From assembly GCF_000829315.1 (NCBI RefSeq), contig NZ_AP013028.1, forward strand, positions 930,001 to 962,000: 32,000 nucleotides of DNA, read 5' to 3'. Positions within the stretch are counted from its first letter, which is position 1. Each line of letters starts with the position of its first letter. The notes under the pieces were generated by a model. That model was not told where the DNA came from. It searched no databases and worked only from the letters and a program-made list of their open reading frames with translations. Source of the stretch: Wolbachia endosymbiont of Cimex lectularius. GTDB taxonomy: Bacteria; Pseudomonadota; Alphaproteobacteria; Rickettsiales; Anaplasmataceae. The position numbers were made by a program, and so were the translations under genes. Shown in pieces: positions 19,552 through 28,906 of this stretch.

Positions 19552-20289
19552 CTAGTAATCTATCTTTACCAAATATAAACCGCAAGGTGGTGCAGTAACT
19601 CCAGCAGCATTTCTTTTGCGCTTATTTAATATATTTAGCATTTCTTGTGGATTAGTTTTATTTTTTCCGAATTTAACCAAAGTACCGACAATGATCCTCA
19701 CTTGATTATGTAAAAAAGAAATAGCAGATATCTTGATGTATATATGACTCCCATTTTGTACTATCTCGATATCATCAATCGTTCTTACCGGATTTGCAGC
19801 TTGACAGTCTTTTGAGCGGAAACTTGAAAGGTTGTGCTTTCCAAGCAGATGTTTAGCCGCTTCACGCATGATGTTTACGTCAAGTGGGTTAAATATTTGC
19901 CATACATAACCGGCTTCCAAAGCTGCAGGAGCATAGCGGTTAATTATTCTATATTCATAGTGTCTTTTTTTTGCTAAGAATCGCGCGTGAAACTCATCGT
20001 CTACAACTTCTACATTGAGCACGACCACGGGAATCGATTTTAAGTGATAATTTATTGCGTTCCTTATTCTGTAAAGCTCAAATTCCCTCTCCATATCAAA
20101 ATGAGCAACTTGTCCTAAAGCATGAACTCCCGCATCAGTCCTGCCACCGCAGTATAAAGTGACTTTCTCGCCACTGAAATTAAATATAGCATTTTCTATG
20201 GTCTCCTGGATTGAGTTAGCAGAATGTTGCTGTTTCTGCCAACCAGAGAAACTACTACCATTATACTCTATCGTTATTTTGTATCGCAC
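19552..20289 (-). CDS. truA: tRNA pseudouridine(38-40) synthase
   Basis: 245 aa; YNGSSFSGWQKQ, YCGGRTDAGVHALGQVAHFD, FLHNQVRIIVGTLV. Confidence 0.96.
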   Translation of the reverse strand: MRYKITIEYNGSSFSGWQKQQHSANSIQETIENAIFNFSGEKVTLYCGGRTDAGVHALGQVAHFDMEREFELYRIRNAINYHLKSIPVVVLNVEVVDDEFHARFLAKKRHYEYRIINRYAPAALEAGYVWQIFNPLDVNIMREAAKHLLGKHNLSSFRSKDCQAANPVRTIDDIEIVQNGSHIYIKISAISFLHNQVRIIVGTLVKFGKNKTNPQEMLNILNKRKRNAAGVTAPPCGLYLVKIDY

Positions 20290-20395
20290 TGCAAAATCTA
20301 TCTAATTTTCTATCTTATACCAAATCTCGCTGATAATAAGAACCTGTTTAAAATCTTGGAAATGTGAGGTAAAGTAAGCATAGATTAATAATGAG

Positions 20396-20716
20396 GTGTC
20401 TATGCAGAAAAGTTATCCAAGTAATATAAGTCAAGAGCAGTTTGAAAAAATCAGGCCAATTTTGGAGAGTAGCAAGCAGAAAACAAAACCAAGAAAACTT
20501 GATTTGTATGACGTATTTTGTGGGGTGTTGTACGTCTTAAAAAGTGGTTGTCAGTGGAGGATGTTACCAAAGGGTTTTCCAAGATGGGAAAGCGTATATT
20601 ACTATTTTCGAGTGTGGAGTAAAAAGAATGGAGAAGAGCCAAGCTTGTTGGAATTAGTCTTAAAAAAAATTAGTTGGAGAGGTCCGTATCAGCAATGGTC
20701 GGAAAGAGAAAACTAG
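20396..20716 (+). CDS. IS5-family transposase, first frame
   Basis: 106 aa, near-identical to 13306..13626. Confidence 0.9.
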   Translation: MSMQKSYPSNISQEQFEKIRPILESSKQKTKPRKLDLYDVFCGVLYVLKSGCQWRMLPKGFPRWESVYYYFRVWSKKNGEEPSLLELVLKKISWRGPYQQWSEREN

Positions 20717-20727
20717 CTTTTATATAA

Positions 20728-21192
20728 TTGATTCTCAAAGCGTTAAAAACGCAGATACTGCTGAAAAAAAAAGGCTATGATGCAGGTAAAAAGATTTCAG
20801 GGATAAAGCGCCATATTGCAGTTGATACACAAGGTTTGCCACATGCAATTTATGTAACAACGGCAGAAGCAACTGACCGTAGCAGTGCTGTGAAAATGGT
20901 CGAAAATGCTAAAGCAAACCTCTCTGAAGTTAAAAACATACTGGTTGATGCTGGCTACACAGGAGAAAATTTTGCAACACAAATAAAAGCTATCATTGGT
21001 GCGACTGTTGAAGTAATAAAGCGAAGTGAGTTACACACTTTCGTCGTATTGCCAAAAAGATGGGTTGTTGAACGCTCTTTTGCCTGGTTAGAAAAGTGCA
21101 GGCGATTGTGGAAAAATTGCGAGCGGAAGCTCAACACTAGCTTACAGATGATAGTCCTCTCCTTCATTTCTCTCCTGTTACGAAGATTTTAA
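20728..21192 (+). CDS. IS5-family transposase C-terminal part, displaced frame
   Basis: Shares ...KKGYDAGKKISGIKRHIAVDTQ... with copy 1. An extra A in the A-tract (A9 against A8) separates it from the IIDSQSVKNADTA frame. Confidence 0.8.
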   Translation: MILKALKTQILLKKKGYDAGKKISGIKRHIAVDTQGLPHAIYVTTAEATDRSSAVKMVENAKANLSEVKNILVDAGYTGENFATQIKAIIGATVEVIKRSELHTFVVLPKRWVVERSFAWLEKCRRLWKNCERKLNTSLQMIVLSFISLLLRRF

Positions 21193-21200
21193 ACAGGTTC

Positions 21201-21671
21201 TTACAGATACTCGAAAGGCCACAACCTTCTAATAACTCACTTTTAGGCAAAGAATATTTACAAAGGCAAGTGTATAGAAAAAAAGAGCAATTACTCAAAT
21301 TAGTTTCAGGTATTCCCATACAACAACCTTCTCCACAGCCTGAAAACGTTTCTCATGAAAGTGGAAATCCTTTACCAAATAAAACCACAAGCCCTTCACC
21401 AGTAACAAGTACAACTCCACTAGCTACTAAAACTGCTTTCAAACCGTTGTTAAAAATCGTGTTTTCTTCGAAAAGGACTTATTTTTGTCTATTGTTGATA
21501 GCATCCTCTATATCAACACTCTGCCTGTGGCATTTGCCGCTGGGAAAAGTGTCAATTTTAAAGGGATTAGTGCCACCAGAGAAAAGAGAAAGTGTTGGGC
21601 TGGCATTGAATAGGGTTACCAATACTAGCCACATTATGTGTTCTGAGTTTGGCTTATTTTATATATTCTAA
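21201..21671 (+). pseudogene. 5'-truncated membrane-protein fragment at the IS copy 2 junction
   Basis: Open frame from the IS boundary: LQILERPQPSNNSLLGKEYLQRQVYRKKEQLLKLVSGIPIQQPSPQPEN...TYFCLLLIASSISTLCLWHL.... No 5' part is visible upstream of the IS, where truA lies on the opposite strand. Confidence 0.7.
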
Positions 21672-21780
21672 ATATTCGGTAGAATCTATTGAGCAGGTAG
21701 GTGAAAACAAGCCTCTTGCTCCCACTTAATGGGTAGCTATTTTAAAAGATTTTTTGTGATAAAATCATTTATTTTACTGT

Positions 21781-22377
21781 ATGTTTAAAGGAATTATTAC
21801 AGATATTGGAACTGTAATTGATATCAAGACTTGCTCTAACTCCGATCAAATCTTCCATATCAAAGCACAAAACTTACTCTCTATAAATAGAGGAGATTCA
21901 ATAGCCTGCTCTGGTGTGTGTTTAACTGTCGTTGACATAATTAACGATGTATTCACAGTTCAAGTGTCTCAAGAAACCATGAAGGTTACTAACCTAAATA
22001 ATTGGAAAGTAGGAAAGAAAATAAACCTAGAACAAGCAATGAGACTGAGTGATAGAATCGATGGCCACCTAGTCCAGGGTCATGTAGATAAGACAGTACA
22101 AATTTTTGCAATCAACCAAAATTTGGATTCTCATGAAATCAAGCTGTCGTGCTCACAAGAGTTAATTAAATTTGTTGCAAAAAAGGGATCTGTGACGCTA
22201 GATGGAGTTTCTCTCACAGTAAATTCAGTTACCAACCAAGAATTTGTTGTCAATATCATTCCCTACACATGGCAAAACACAACTTTCCAGTATAACAAAG
22301 TGGATGATTATCTAAATTTAGAAGTCGACATGATCGCTAGATATTTAGACCAGTTGATGCAGCATAGATACAATTAA
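21781..22377 (+). CDS. ribE: Riboflavin synthase, alpha subunit
   Basis: 198 aa; MFKGIITDIGTV, ACSGVCLTVVDI, DGHLVQGHVD, VTLDGVSLTVNSV duplicated-domain signatures. Confidence 0.95.
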   Translation: MFKGIITDIGTVIDIKTCSNSDQIFHIKAQNLLSINRGDSIACSGVCLTVVDIINDVFTVQVSQETMKVTNLNNWKVGKKINLEQAMRLSDRIDGHLVQGHVDKTVQIFAINQNLDSHEIKLSCSQELIKFVAKKGSVTLDGVSLTVNSVTNQEFVVNIIPYTWQNTTFQYNKVDDYLNLEVDMIARYLDQLMQHRYN

Positions 22378-22394
22378 TTTTACAATTTCGTTGT

Positions 22395-23024
22395 TTGCAA
22401 TTATTATATCTTGAAAACCATATAATATGTAGTATGCTCTTCGATTGTATAATTATTTTCATTATTGTTGTATGCGTAATAATCTCGGTAACTAGAGGCT
22501 TTATAAAAGAGTTATGCGCACTAATGTTTTTGTTTTTGTCGGTTTTTCTGACAGCTAATCATTATGATTTCTTCGCAATAAATTATAGTAAATACTTTGA
22601 TTCTAAAGCTACACAGAACATACTTTCTACAATTTCTGTATTTATTATACTCAACCTTATATTTATGATAGTAAACAACTGGCTGATGTATATATTATCA
22701 CCCATAAGGTTGGGGTTAATCGATAGAGTGACCGGAATCCTTGTCGGAGCGCTCAGAGGAGTATTGCTTTCTTATGTACTATTCTTTGCCGTGCACTTAT
22801 ATTGCTACACGGCGTATGACAAAAAAGAGGAGCAGTCTAAAATAGAAGCAGAAGACATATTGCCTAATTGGATAATAAATTCGCACTCTTACCAGGCTTT
22901 ATTTTCAACAGTAGAAGATATAGTTGATGTGTATATACCGGAGTCGTTGATACTAAAAATAAAAGAGATTGGCGAAGGAATGGTTGACCAAGAAAAGCCT
23001 GAAGGTGATAAAAAAGAAGAGTAA
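22395..23024 (+). CDS. CvpA family membrane protein
   Basis: 209 aa; four hydrophobic segments, VISVTRGFIKELCALMFLFLSVFLTANHYDFF and IDRVTGILVGALRGVLLSYVLFF. The true start may be internal (MCSMLFD...). Confidence 0.8.
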   Translation: MQLLYLENHIICSMLFDCIIIFIIVVCVIISVTRGFIKELCALMFLFLSVFLTANHYDFFAINYSKYFDSKATQNILSTISVFIILNLIFMIVNNWLMYILSPIRLGLIDRVTGILVGALRGVLLSYVLFFAVHLYCYTAYDKKEEQSKIEAEDILPNWIINSHSYQALFSTVEDIVDVYIPESLILKIKEIGEGMVDQEKPEGDKKEE

Positions 23025-23799
23025 TACCCATGCTTATAAGGCAACCTCTGGTGACTTTCGGGAACACTCTACGTCTTTTACTTCCTCAAGTTTGGTACTA
23101 GGCTTTAAAACATTATACAATGCAAAACTCATGCATGCCAGCCCAACAACCCCTCCAACCACCGCTATGATGTGCATCTTCAAAGCATAAGATGCAATAC
23201 TACTTACTAATAACGCTGTACCAGCACCACCAGCTATGATTGCTTGTTTTTGCTGCGGTACTCTTGTTAACGGCTTTTTGTTTACGGTGTTTTCTTTGGC
23301 AGGTTCACTGTAAGAGCGCGTTTCTGTTTGATTTTCTGTCTCAGTGGAAGATGAAGTATTGGTTTTATCCGTGAGAGCACTCAGCTTTTGCGTAGCAGTT
23401 TCTGTTGAAGTAGTGGTACTATCTTTTTCATTTTTTTCGTTAGTAACTTCAGCATTATCAGAATCTTTGCTATTTTCACAAGTTGGTGTATCAGTTTCTA
23501 TTGCAGGAGTAGTGAGCAGGGTATCTTTTGTGATAAATTCGGCTTTTAAAGCGCGTGTGCTCGCTACACCGTCCTTATATTTAACAGCACTAAAAGTACG
23601 TATCAACTCTCCTTGACTACCTAAATACTCTAAGGTCATTAGTTCATTAGAAATTTGCTCGAAAAGCTGGTGTTCTTTGGCTTTTTCAAGAATATCATTT
23701 ATAGCTTTTTCATTGTCGTGCAGCACAGCATGATGTAGTAGTGTAAACGTTTCTTTTATACCTTCGTGTTCGCGAACTATTTTTGTTGTTAGAACCTGT

Positions 23800-24264
23800 T
23801 TAAAATCTTCGTAACAGGAGAGAAATGAAGGAGAGGACTATCATCTGTAAGCTAGTGTTGAGCTTCCGCTCGCAATTTTTCCACAATCGCCTGCACTTTT
23901 CTAACCAGGCAAAAGAGCGTTCAACAACCCATCTTTTTGGCAATACGACGAAAGTGTGTAACTCACTTCGCTTTATTACTTCAATAGTCGCACCAATGAT
24001 AGCTTTTATTTGTGTTGCAAAATTTTCTCCTGTGTAGCCAGCATCAACCAGTATGTTTTTAACTTCAGAGAGGTTTGCTTTAGCATTTTCGACCATTTTC
24101 ACAGCACTGCTACGGTCAGTTGCTTCTGCCGTTGTTACATAAATTGCATGTGGCAAACCTTGTGTATCAACTGCAATATGGCGCTTTATCCCTGAAATCT
24201 TTTTACCTGCATCATAGCCTTTTTTTTTTAGCAGTATCTGCGTTTTTAACGCTTTGAGAATCAA
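23800..24264 (-). CDS. IS5-family transposase C-terminal part, displaced frame
   Basis: 154 aa, as copy 2, with a 10-A run at the junction. Confidence 0.8.
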   Translation of the reverse strand: MILKALKTQILLKKKGYDAGKKISGIKRHIAVDTQGLPHAIYVTTAEATDRSSAVKMVENAKANLSEVKNILVDAGYTGENFATQIKAIIGATIEVIKRSELHTFVVLPKRWVVERSFAWLEKCRRLWKNCERKLNTSLQMIVLSFISLLLRRF

Positions 24265-24275
24265 TTATACAAAAG

Positions 24276-24596
24276 CTAGTTTTCTCTTTCCGACCATTGC
24301 TGATACGGACCTCTCCAACTAATTTTTTTTAAGACTAATTCCAACAAGCTTGGCTCTTCTCTATTCTTTTTACTCCACACTCGAAAATAGTAATATACGC
24401 TTTCCCATCTTGGAAAACCCTTTGGTAACATCCTCCACTGACAACCACTTTTTAAGACGTACAACACCCCACAAAATACGTCATACAAATCAAGTTTTCT
24501 TGGTTTTGTTTTCTGCTTGCTACTCTCCAAAATTGGCCTGATTTTTTCAAACTGCTCTTGACTTATATTACTTGGATAACTTTTCTGCATAGACAC
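24276..24596 (-). CDS. IS5-family transposase, first frame
   Basis: 106 aa, near-identical to the other copies. Confidence 0.9.
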   Translation of the reverse strand: MSMQKSYPSNISQEQFEKIRPILESSKQKTKPRKLDLYDVFCGVLYVLKSGCQWRMLPKGFPRWESVYYYFRVWSKKNREEPSLLELVLKKISWRGPYQQWSEREN

Positions 24597-25097
24597 CTCA
24601 TTATTAATCTATGCTTACTTTACCTCACATTTCCAAGATTTTAAACAGGTTCTTAGAATTTTTTGCGTGTTATAACTAGATTTCTTGAATTTTTCAGCAA
24701 TATCTTTTCCTTCTTCTATCTTTTTCGCTAGCTTAAAAATCTTTTTTTTATCTTTCTCTGTTAACTCACCTTTATCATCCACTAATTCATAAATTATATC
24801 ATTTTTAGAATTTTCTAGTCTTGCCATAGCGTGTTTCTTTTTCTACAATATCTGCTTTTATAAATTAGTTATGTTAACAACACATGAATGCCAATTAAGG
24901 CACCAATCCATGGGGTTTTCTCAATTGTTTGCCCCCATAACTTCAATATCTTTTTTTAGATTAACCATCTTTGGAAAAAAATTCAGCTACATCAGCCTAC
25001 CTAAAAAGTATTTTGCCTTTGAACGTAGAAACTCTAGAACATTATTTTTAACATTGCTGCAAGAGCTGAAAATCCTGTAGTATATTAAAGCTCAAGG

Positions 25098-25559
25098 GTG
25101 TATTTAAGTATGGAAGTTATAGCAGAAAATAGAAAAGCAAGGTTTGAATACTTCATCTTAGAAGAATTTGAAGCAGGTATGGTCCTACTAAGTAGTGAAG
25201 TTAAATCGCTGAGGGAAAGAAAAGCAAACATTTCTGACGCTTACGTTATCAAAAAAAACGGTGAAATATGGCTGCACAATATGTACATTGCAGAATATAA
25301 AGCTGCAAACAAAAGAAACCATAAGCCGAAAAGGGAACGTAAATTACTTCTGCATAAAAAAGAGATAAATAAACTAATTGGCCAGATTAAAACTGCTGGA
25401 ATAACTGTTGTGCCACTTTCGATTTATTTCAATGACAAAGGATTGGCGAAAACTAAAATTGCCATTGCAAAAGGAAAAAAACTCTATGATAAGAGAGCAA
25501 CCATAAAACAGAGAGAGTGGGATCGTGAGAAAAGTAGATTGTCTAAGAATGATTTGTAG
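25098..25559 (+). CDS. smpB: SsrA-binding protein
   Basis: 153 aa; [72 protein letters not shown]. Confidence 0.96.
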   Translation: MYLSMEVIAENRKARFEYFILEEFEAGMVLLSSEVKSLRERKANISDAYVIKKNGEIWLHNMYIAEYKAANKRNHKPKRERKLLLHKKEINKLIGQIKTAGITVVPLSIYFNDKGLAKTKIAIAKGKKLYDKRATIKQREWDREKSRLSKNDL

Positions 25560-25565
25560 CAAGGT

Positions 25566-26354
25566 ATGTCTTTAAATCCAGTAATTTTCAGCATCGGTCC
25601 TGTCTCTATATATTGGTATTCTTTGGCATATGTTCTGGGCATAGTGTTTGCATATTGGTATTTACACAAATTGGACAACCAAAAAATATTTACCAAGAGT
25701 TTTTACGATTCATTGTTAACAGCCACTATTGCAGGTATTATCCTTGGAGGCAGACTTGGCTACGTGTTGATATACGATCCAGTTTTTTATATAAGCAATC
25801 CTATCGAGATACTGAAAACCTGGGGGGGAGGAATGTCATTTCACGGTGGCGCCATAGGAGTTTTGTGTGCGGTGATAATTTCGTGCAAAAGACATAACAT
25901 TCCTATATTTTACACACTGGATCTAATTTCCTGCGGAGTTCCCATAGGCTTATTTTTCGGTCGCATAGGCAACTTTATAAACGGAGAGTTATTTGGCAGA
26001 GTTACAACTGTGTCATGGGGCATGGTATTTCCAGAAAGTGGTGATAATTTGCTACGCCACCCAAGTCAGCTCTATGAGGCATCTTTCGAAGGATTGCTAT
26101 TTTTTGCAGCTATAAATTCACTGTTTTTCTTGACTAGAATAAGGCTATATCGCGGTGCATTAACTGGTATTGCAATTATGTGGTATGGAATAGTGCGTTT
26201 TATAGTTGAGTTTTTCCGCGAACCAGACTACCAAGTTGGCTATTTATGGCTTGATTTGACCATGGGGCAGTTGCTTTCAGTACCTATGGTTTTGCTGGGA
26301 ATAACCATATGTCTGAGCGCATTAAATCTGAAATTTGCGGAGAAATTGCAATAG
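25566..26354 (+). CDS. lgt: Prolipoprotein diacylglyceryl transferase
   Basis: 262 aa; ILGGRLGYVLIYDP, SFHGGAIGVL, GLFFGRIGNFINGELFGRVT, HPSQLYEASFEGLLFF. Confidence 0.97.
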   Translation: MSLNPVIFSIGPVSIYWYSLAYVLGIVFAYWYLHKLDNQKIFTKSFYDSLLTATIAGIILGGRLGYVLIYDPVFYISNPIEILKTWGGGMSFHGGAIGVLCAVIISCKRHNIPIFYTLDLISCGVPIGLFFGRIGNFINGELFGRVTTVSWGMVFPESGDNLLRHPSQLYEASFEGLLFFAAINSLFFLTRIRLYRGALTGIAIMWYGIVRFIVEFFREPDYQVGYLWLDLTMGQLLSVPMVLLGITICLSALNLKFAEKLQ

Positions 26355-26640
26355 TTCCTGCATAGTTTTTAGCAGCATGCTAGACATATAGAAACAAAAA
26401 AACTACTTGACAAGTTCCTCCAAACCCATTATCATAAGGTTGAAGCTATTATTTATTTTCAGTCTGTGCAGATTAAACGACAAAAAAGCTTAGCATATCT
26501 GGCGTACCATGTTTAAATTTTTGCACTATGTGCACCTCACGTCTTTTTAAAACTTCTGGTTTTTTACCTATACAAGCTCAAACGTGCTTATAAGTCGTTT
26601 AAAACATAAAAAAACGCCAATATTATAAGATAGATAGTAA

Positions 26641-26850
26641 ATAACTAGCTACCGGGGTTTCTTTTGTTGTTTTTTCTGTTTAGTAATTTTTTTAAACGTT
26701 TGCAGCTAAGGTTAGTTGCATTAAAAAGCAGCTAAGTCGCATTCATCAAGCGTTTAGAATAAAAAAAACGCCGATATTTCGACACAAAAGTAAATAACTA
26801 GCCACCACGGGGTTTCTTTTGCTGTTTTTTCTTGCTTGGTAAAATTCTTA
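26641..26850. repeat. Two copies of a ~60 bp degenerate repeat (related copy at 2581-2633)
   Basis: AAATAACTAGCTACC-GGGGTTTCTTTTGTTGTTTTTTCTGTTTAGTAATTTTT at ~26640 and AAATAACTAGCCACCACGGGGTTTCTTTTGCTGTTTTTTCTTGCTTGGTAAAATTCTT at ~26791, each preceded by AAAAAACGCC(A/G)ATAT. Confidence 0.7.
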
Positions 26851-27349
26851 AACACAAAGGTTATACCAATTTTCGTTATCAAACAAGATACATAATAAAT
26901 TCGCTAAACTTCTAATCGTAGGGAAACTTTTTAATTTGTCCTATTACCATTGGTATTAGACAATATACCTTGTAACCTACGCGAACTTTTGTCTATAGTA
27001 ATTTAATACAACGCAAAACCAGCTATATTAGCCTACTTCTACCACGTTTAGATATGAACCAATTTGCCTAACTTTGCTGCAACAGTTTTACGTTTCTATT
27101 TTCACAACCTTATTTTTACCCGGCTTGTTCTCACAAATATAGGTACTTTTTTGCGGTTTTTGGGAAAGTAAATAATCAAATTTATTGTGATGCTAGTTCG
27201 TAGCATGTTTACTTATTAATCAAGCTACAGTAAGCTAAAATAATTACTAATAATTTTACGCAAAATATAAAAATAATAAATCTTGACTTTCTTATTAAAG
27301 TATGCGATAATTAAATCCTATGATTATTTTTTAATAGGAGAAGGTAGTT

Positions 27350-28201
27350 ATGACTTTAACATTGGAAGAGTGGAAGGAGATGCTGCGTTCAGTACACTTC
27401 GGCAAATTAAGTGGTATATTTGAATAAATAAAAGAGGTGTTAAAAAAAGAACATAAAATTACATATGAGGAGTGGAAACAGAAAAATTTTAATGAAAACC
27501 ACTTGTTTATTGTATGTGCACGTGCACGTGCTAGTAGATTCGTTAAGACAATAAAATACACATTGTTGCATATAGCTATTTTTAGTGGCCGTTTAGATAT
27601 AGTTAAACACCTCATAGCAGATAAAAAGGCTGATGTTGATGCACGAGGTTCGGATGACAAAACTGCTTTACATTTGGCTGCTATGAATAACAAATTAGAG
27701 ATAGTAAAGGTTCTGTTAAACGCAAAAGCAGATCCTTTATTAAAAAATAAAAATGGTAAAACTCCAAGAGACCTAGCTACAGACGAAAATGTGAAATAGC
27801 TTTTAGAGGAGGCAGAAAACAAAAGAGTTGCAGATAGAGAAAACGTTCATTCTATACCAAATGAACCTAATAATAAGCCTTGTGCTGATGAGGCGAATAT
27901 TCCACACAGTACGAAAGGGAATAAGCTGCCTATTATAACTGCTTCCGCTGGCTTATTGTTGGGCCTGAGCATAGCATATCTTACAGGTGCTGCTACTTTG
28001 ACTCCTGTTGGTGTTGTTGTTGCGGTATTTCTTGCGGCTGCAGTGGGTGGTGCATTAGTTGGTTATGGTATTGGCAAGTTCTGTGAGAAAGTTAGTGAAG
28101 AGAAGCAAAAAAATCCTAATATGGGTACATGGGATGCTGCTAAGAGCGTGCTTTCTGATGTATTCACTACTGGACACTCTAAACCAGGGCATCAGGCGTA
28201 A
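27350..28201 (+). pseudogene. Ankyrin-repeat protein with C-terminal TM segments, carrying two in-frame stops
   Basis: One frame of 284 codons: MTLTLEEWKEMLRSVHFGKLSGIFE*IKEVLKKEHKITYEEWKQKNFNENHLF...TLLHIAIFSGRLDIVKHLIADKKADVDARGSDDKTALHLAAMNNKLEIVKVLLNAKADP...DENVK*LLEEAENKRVADREN...AYLTGAATLTPVGVVVAVFLAAAVGGALVGYGIGKFCEK. Stops at 27425-27427 and 27797-27799. Confidence 0.8.
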
Positions 28202-28624
28202 TTCAAATTGTTAAGTGTATGCTATAGCTAAAAGGGTTCTTCAAGACGACGTAGAGATATGGTATTGAGTGATAAAAAGGCAGAAAAATGTTAAAGCCAT
28301 GCTATTGTTCTATTTTTTAACGTTCGGGGAAATCTTACTTTGGTTAGCTACAGGCGAATTTATCTATTTGTCTTCCCAATAACAAAGGTTGGTGTTAAAT
28401 AAAGTTAAATTTATTAATACAATTACTATTCTTAAATTTGATCAGATTGATTGCAAAAAACAAGATTTTCAATAAGTTGCTTATATAGTTAGCCTTTCAT
28501 AGGTAGCAATGCAACAAAGCCACTGAGTTTACTGTTTTCATATTTTTCTCTCCCTAAAAGTCAATTAAATAAAAGTCTGTTTGGCTTTCACATAACTAAT
28601 TTTTTTTACCGTAATTACAGCAAA

Positions 28625-28906
28625 TTATTTTTGATAAGCGTCTTTCCTGTGTTCTATTGAAGTAATAACTACTGTATGTTCTAGCACATCCACATAGTAA
28701 AGTATACGATATGTACTTACCCGTAAACTACGTTGTCCACTTAAATTATGCTTCAATGGTTTGCCAAGTTCTATAGGATTAACTGTTAGGCGCTCCATTA
28801 TTGCCTTTTTAATCATAGACTTTACCTTTGCTGGAAGTGCTGGAATGTCTTTTTTAATGACAGATTCTGAATATTCTATATTATACGGCCTAGTCCCAGA
28901 AGACAT
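28625..28906 (-). CDS. RelE/ParE-family mRNA interferase-like toxin
   Basis: 93 aa; YNIEYSESVIKKDIPALPAKVKSMIKKAIMERLTVNP...GKPLKHNLSGQRSLRVSTYRILYYVDVLEHTVVITSIEHRKDAY. Confidence 0.88.
   Translation of the reverse strand: MSSGTRPYNIEYSESVIKKDIPALPAKVKSMIKKAIMERLTVNPIELGKPLKHNLSGQRSLRVSTYRILYYVDVLEHTVVITSIEHRKDAYQK

Larger units (their letters stand above)
20340..21200 (+). mobile_element. IS5-family insertion sequence, copy 2 (861 bp)
   Basis: Same inverted repeats and transposase as copy 1. Flanks are TAA (20337-20339) and TTA (21201-21203), so no matching target duplication. Confidence 0.92.
23792..24652 (-). mobile_element. IS5-family insertion sequence, copy 3 (861 bp)
   Basis: Same inverted repeats; + strand flanks TTA (23789-23791) and TTA (24653-24655) form a perfect 3-bp duplication. 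Confidence 0.93.
23034..24827 (-). pseudogene. Hypothetical protein with N-terminal ankyrin-like region and C-terminal TM segments, interrupted by IS copy 3
   Basis: Removing IS copy 3 and one TAA restores a continuous frame: ...KKSSYNTQKILTTKIVREHEGIKETFTLLHHAVLHDNEKAINDILEKAKEHQLFEQ..., linking 24615..24827 with 23034..23726. Confidence 0.85.

Noticed and set aside
14110-20339. Composite transposon bounded by IS copies 1 and 2
   Set aside because: The enclosed genes include core functions (dnaN, truA, lipB) and copy 1 has its own perfect target duplication, so the block does not look mobilised as a unit.
23344-23616. 90-aa plus ORF in the interrupted ankyrin-like gene
   Set aside because: Antisense to the Ser/Thr-rich region of the minus-strand frame, which rebuilds cleanly across the IS.
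20340-24652. Possibility that the mismatched flanks of IS copy 2 arose from a simple inversion with copy 3
   Set aside because: Copy 3 has a perfect TTA/TTA duplication and a continuous host reading frame across it in the present orientation, so copy 3 is unlikely to be the recombination partner.
24871-25080. 69-aa ORF upstream of smpB
   Set aside because: No motifs or conserved composition; likely random open frame in intergenic DNA.
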